A stretch of 64,000 nucleotides of DNA, taken from contig OZ242311.1 in NCBI GenBank assembly GCA_965207885.1, positions 2,656,001 through 2,720,000 of the forward strand, given 5' to 3'. Source of the DNA: Candidatus Latescibacterota bacterium. Lineage in GTDB: Bacteria > Latescibacterota > UBA2968. The notes under the pieces are model-generated. The model ran no database searches, was not told the DNA's origin, and saw only the letters and a list, made by a program, of their open reading frames with translations. Positions within the stretch are counted from its first letter, which is position 1. Each line of letters begins with the position of its first letter. The translations under genes and the position numbers were made by a program. This document shows, piece after piece, positions 60,252 to 64,000 of this stretch.

Positions 60252-62105
60252 ATGGTCGCGGATACAGAACTCCGCAAACAGCACCAGCGTGATGCGATCC
60301 TTCGAGATCGTATGCGGAAGGCATTTGACATGGCGTACGACACGGATGCTGCGCTCATCGTCCGCTGGAATCCGTTCTTTCCCCGTTTCAACGGCCACAC
60401 CGTCGCCCAGCAATCCCTGGACTACGCCATCCTCTTGCTTCTGTCCGACGACCGCACCTACGGGACGGACGATGCCGGTGAGGCCAACCGAATCATTCGC
60501 CGAATCCTGGACCACCAGGACCTGCGACCGAAGTCCGAAACCTTCGGCAATTTCTTCTGGATGACCCACTGGGACCGGGTTAAAGACAAGAACGCCGTTT
60601 CCTTCCTCACGATCGGCCTGGTCTTCACGTACGTCAACTTCCAGGACAAGCTGGAGGATGACACGAAGGCTGCGCTCGAGCGCGCCTTTCCAAACGTGTT
60701 GCTCGGCATCCGTGACCACAAAGTCCGATGGCAGTACACCAACATCTACTTTCTCAACCTCGGCGGCCTGGTCAGTCTTGCCCGTGTGCTGGACGATCCA
60801 TCGATCCACGCCGAAGCGGTGGCCGACTTCAACACCTGGGTCGAAGGCACTTCGGAGGACGGCTTCCATGAATTCAACAGCCCGACGTACACACCCGTCA
60901 CGCTTTCAGGTATGGAAGCGGCGTGGGCTTACACGCCAGATGGCGAGTTCAAAGACAGGCTGCGGCGCACCATGGATTTGATCACCTATCAGATGGCGCT
61001 CAACCTGATGCCCGGTGGATTTCTGGCGGGTGCTGCCGCAAGGGCTTACCAGGGAGATGTGCTGAACGGTTCAATCGGGGCTGCTTCGTATGCCCACGTT
61101 AAATTTGGCACCCCTGCTCCGGCCGAGCTTGCGGTCCTGATGCCGAGCCTGTTCGACTACGTACCGCCGGAACCTGTTCGGTCCCTGGCGAACGAGATGG
61201 CGGACGGAGCCGAAATACTCGATCGGGGAATCTCGCTGGGTAGTCGTCGGACCCACGTCATTACGCAGGCTTACGGGCTGGCATCTCAGAGTTTACAATC
61301 TGTGGGCGGCCACTCGCCTCCGTCGTATATCCTGCTGGTCCGGAACAGCAAGGCCCTGCGACCCAGTGTCCCGTTCCTTCCGGACGAATCCTTTACGCAT
61401 CAGCCGTGCGCCACATTTCTGTCGCGTCAGAACGGCAGTCAGGTGGTCGGCAGACTGTACTACGATCTGCAGGAGGAGCAGCGAAGCAAGTTTCTGGACG
61501 ATCCTGCGTTCTTTTGTGAACCTCGCGTCCTGTTTGGACTGAGGGACCAGATCGAGTCCGTTCGCATTGGCAATGTGGATTGGGGCGGAAAACCCGTGAG
61601 CCTTTTGCCAGGGCAATCCGTGGCTGTTTCCTATGGAGATATCTACCTGGGTGTTGTCGTCCTGCTGCTAGACTGTGACGGTCAAGCGATTCGTAGCCGC
61701 GCGACGCTGGCCTATGGCGAAGACGGTGAACTGCGCTTGCGAGTCAGACTCCACGGGGGAGAGGATGTGCAGCAGGAAGATAACCCGCTCGTCGCTCTGC
61801 TCTACGTCGAAGTTCAGGTTCCCGAGGAGAGCGATTCGCTCGAGACATTTGCCGACCAGTTGTCGGGCTGGCAGCTTTCCGATCAGAGCGACGGAGAGAC
61901 GGTCTCCTTCTTGGCCGAGCACGAAGATGGCGCAACCATCGCCTATCCCTACACAGAGGCGGATCCGGATCCGATGGGCGATGCTCTGCACCTATCGCCC
62001 GGGCTTGCGCTCCAGCCGGGAGACTTTGTCAAGCTGGTGAACGGGGAGAAGCCTTTGCTCTTCGGCTCTGCACAGCAAAACCGGCTTCTTCGAGAAGGTG
62101 TATAA
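60252..62105 (+). CDS. Uncharacterised ~617 aa protein, paralog of 2210-4051
   Basis: GGAGG RBS at 60241; collinear similarity over the full length, e.g. LLLLSDDRTYGTDDAGEANRII and VGGHSPPSYILLVRN. Confidence 0.75.
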   Translation: MVADTELRKQHQRDAILRDRMRKAFDMAYDTDAALIVRWNPFFPRFNGHTVAQQSLDYAILLLLSDDRTYGTDDAGEANRIIRRILDHQDLRPKSETFGNFFWMTHWDRVKDKNAVSFLTIGLVFTYVNFQDKLEDDTKAALERAFPNVLLGIRDHKVRWQYTNIYFLNLGGLVSLARVLDDPSIHAEAVADFNTWVEGTSEDGFHEFNSPTYTPVTLSGMEAAWAYTPDGEFKDRLRRTMDLITYQMALNLMPGGFLAGAAARAYQGDVLNGSIGAASYAHVKFGTPAPAELAVLMPSLFDYVPPEPVRSLANEMADGAEILDRGISLGSRRTHVITQAYGLASQSLQSVGGHSPPSYILLVRNSKALRPSVPFLPDESFTHQPCATFLSRQNGSQVVGRLYYDLQEEQRSKFLDDPAFFCEPRVLFGLRDQIESVRIGNVDWGGKPVSLLPGQSVAVSYGDIYLGVVVLLLDCDGQAIRSRATLAYGEDGELRLRVRLHGGEDVQQEDNPLVALLYVEVQVPEESDSLETFADQLSGWQLSDQSDGETVSFLAEHEDGATIAYPYTEADPDPMGDALHLSPGLALQPGDFVKLVNGEKPLLFGSAQQNRLLREGV

Positions 62106-62267
62106 TTCGGTTGGCAGCTTTAATGTAGTTCTCTCGGGTGAACTGGAAAGCGGTGAGACCTCTCCTTGCGCTCCGTACGCGCCAGTCGCAACGCCGAAAT
62201 GTCTGGAATAATCATTCTGAGTTGTGGTATTTTTTTGTTGGTCAGAATGATCTCCTTCCTCCTTGAT

Positions 62268-63452
62268 TTACAGAACGTATTGCGGGATCTTCATCAATTC
62301 ACCGTCCTTAAGTGCCGACTCGTGGGCGACGATGCCGCCGACCGTCATATTCAGGGATTGAGCAATGTCTATAAGGGAGTCGCGATCCAGCAGAATCGCC
62401 TCGACGAACTCGCTCATCAGATAACCGTGGGAACCGCCATGGCCACCGGCACCGACCCCTGGAGGAAGCGGTGGACGAGTGATGGCTGGCGGCACCTGAT
62501 CCTTCTGGCCACTTCGAAACTCGCCGTAATAGGTCCCCTTTTGCGTGCGTATCCGGCCTCTTTCCCCACCCTGCCCCGGCGTATCCCAACTGACCGCCAT
62601 GCGGGCCATGCCGCCTTCGCTGGTGCGAAACAGGGCGATTTCGGTTCCAAACGGGTTTTGAAATTCATTGTTCTCTGGCTTCAGGTGATCGATTGAGCTT
62701 GGTATGCCCATGCATGAAACCTCGGTGAAGCTGCCACCGGTCACCCCCACATAGTAAGCATTCGAATGTGTGGGATACCACTGCGGGGGCAAGCCCGTTC
62801 GCCACCCCCTATGCGCAGATAGCGGCGTGCCAAAGTAGTGCCAGTATTCGCCTTCGGCGTAGATAACCTTACCCAGGTCTCCGGCCCTGTACATCTCCCG
62901 CATGCAATAGAGGTCATGATGAAAATAGGACGTTTCAAACATCATATACTTGCGACCTGTCGTCTTGACGGTCTCAAAGAGCGCATCGGCATCCTCCAGG
63001 GATCCAAACACAGCCGGGACAGCCGAAGCGACATGCTTGCCAGCCTTGAGCGCTTCGATGGCCAGCCGGGCGTGGCTCGGCGCATCGGTGGCAATAAAGA
63101 CGGCCTCGAGCGAATCGTCATGGATCATCTCTTCACACGAGGAATACGTCGCCTCGCAGCGGCATAACTTTGAAAGTTCGGCACACTTATCGGCATCCAG
63201 ATCGGCAACGGCAGCGACTGTCACATTTGGGTGGTCCTGAAAATGGAATTTCGCGCCGAAACTACAGACGCCGTAGCCTGCGATGCCTACCCGGATTTTT
63301 CGGTCGGAAACAGGTTGCCAGTTCTTTGCGGCCTCTGTATCGGTTACCGCTTCCTCAAATCCCTGGATCTCGACTGCTCCAGTGGTGGACTTCGGCGGGT
63401 CAGGTGTTGTCGCTCCAGCGGTCTGAACGGATTCTCTGCTCGCCGGACTCAT
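62268..63452 (-). CDS. Gfo/Idh/MocA oxidoreductase
   Basis: VGIAGYG, GKHVASAVPA, YMMFETS, WYPTH, GGHGGSH; AAGGAG RBS. Confidence 0.88.
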   Translation of the reverse strand: MSPASRESVQTAGATTPDPPKSTTGAVEIQGFEEAVTDTEAAKNWQPVSDRKIRVGIAGYGVCSFGAKFHFQDHPNVTVAAVADLDADKCAELSKLCRCEATYSSCEEMIHDDSLEAVFIATDAPSHARLAIEALKAGKHVASAVPAVFGSLEDADALFETVKTTGRKYMMFETSYFHHDLYCMREMYRAGDLGKVIYAEGEYWHYFGTPLSAHRGWRTGLPPQWYPTHSNAYYVGVTGGSFTEVSCMGIPSSIDHLKPENNEFQNPFGTEIALFRTSEGGMARMAVSWDTPGQGGERGRIRTQKGTYYGEFRSGQKDQVPPAITRPPLPPGVGAGGHGGSHGYLMSEFVEAILLDRDSLIDIAQSLNMTVGGIVAHESALKDGELMKIPQYVL

Positions 63453-63514
63453 ATACGTTCTCCTTTGCAAGATTCATCACTCATCGGAATTATTAGGCTG
63501 TACATAGATCCCCA

Positions 63515-64000
63515 TCAGGTCGCCGGCAGCAGGCGGATTGTCAGAAATCCTGTGATTCCCGACCAGGAGTGCCCATGGATCCCTACTTTTCCGTTTGACC
63601 AGGGCTGCTTGACGATCCAATTTTCGATAATCTCGTATCCGTCCTTGATATTGCGTTCGCTAAAGGCGGCAAACGCCCCACCCGAAGCGCCAGTCCCGCG
63701 CAGCGACGCACTCACAGTGATGTAGCGCTCCCCGTAGCGATCGCCTCTATATACCGGCCGGCTCGCTTGAGGATAACCGCTCATCTCCAGGATGGCCGGC
63801 CACTTTTGAATCTGATCCTGCGGATCGAATCCTTTTGGGTACCCTACAGCTACAGCGATCTTTACACCATCGGACATCGTGGCATAAGTAAACTCGACGT
63901 AGTTGCCGTCCTTATCCAATTTGATATCGGCAAAACACCAAACCGGAGCGGCAAAAAGGACAAGTAGGAAGACGATTACATTTTTTATGTCGTTTGGTCG
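63515..64000 (-). pseudogene. 3'-truncated CocE/NonD-family hydrolase; start outside window
   Basis: Signal-peptide-like N-terminus, MSDGVKIA, RGTGASGG and QPWSNGKVGIHGHSWSG, then a stop ~13 codons later so the catalytic Asp/His region is missing. Confidence 0.75.

Noticed and set aside
1-64000. CRISPR array, integron attC array, rRNA or tRNA
   Set aside because: No regularly spaced repeats, recurring GTTRRRY/RYYYAAC hairpins, integrase or cloverleaf were recognised by eye. Not confirmed computationally.

Overview
This is a gene-dense bacterial accessory and catabolic region. No rRNA, tRNA or CRISPR array was seen. Gene content includes nine PhyH-type Fe(II)/2OG dioxygenases, four sulfatases, an aryl-sulfotransferase, three Gfo/Idh/MocA oxidoreductases, three enolase-superfamily enzymes, glycoside hydrolases, a dockerin-like-tagged esterase and an RND efflux operon. 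That content resembles sponge-associated Latescibacterota/Gemmatimonadota/Poribacteria, which is an inference only. The layout is mirror-like: a ~30 kb + strand run (4124-33818) and a ~26 kb - strand run (33826-60071) converge at ~33820, and each run is headed by a divergently transcribed paralog of the same uncharacterised ~620 aa protein. A TnpB-only IS200/IS605 element can be delimited to 7357-8733: removing it rebuilds the TGA stop of the upstream gene, which implies a TTTAT TAM and a guide drawn from the fucosidase leader. A defence-like pocket (15.8-21.1 kb) holds an AAA ATPase-nuclease, a radical SAM/DUF6375-like pair, an MNT with a truncated HEPN and several 5' gene stumps. The arrays look assembled from single RBS+ORF units of differing base composition, with no integrase or attC repeats visible. 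All family calls come from motif recognition by eye; no database search was run.
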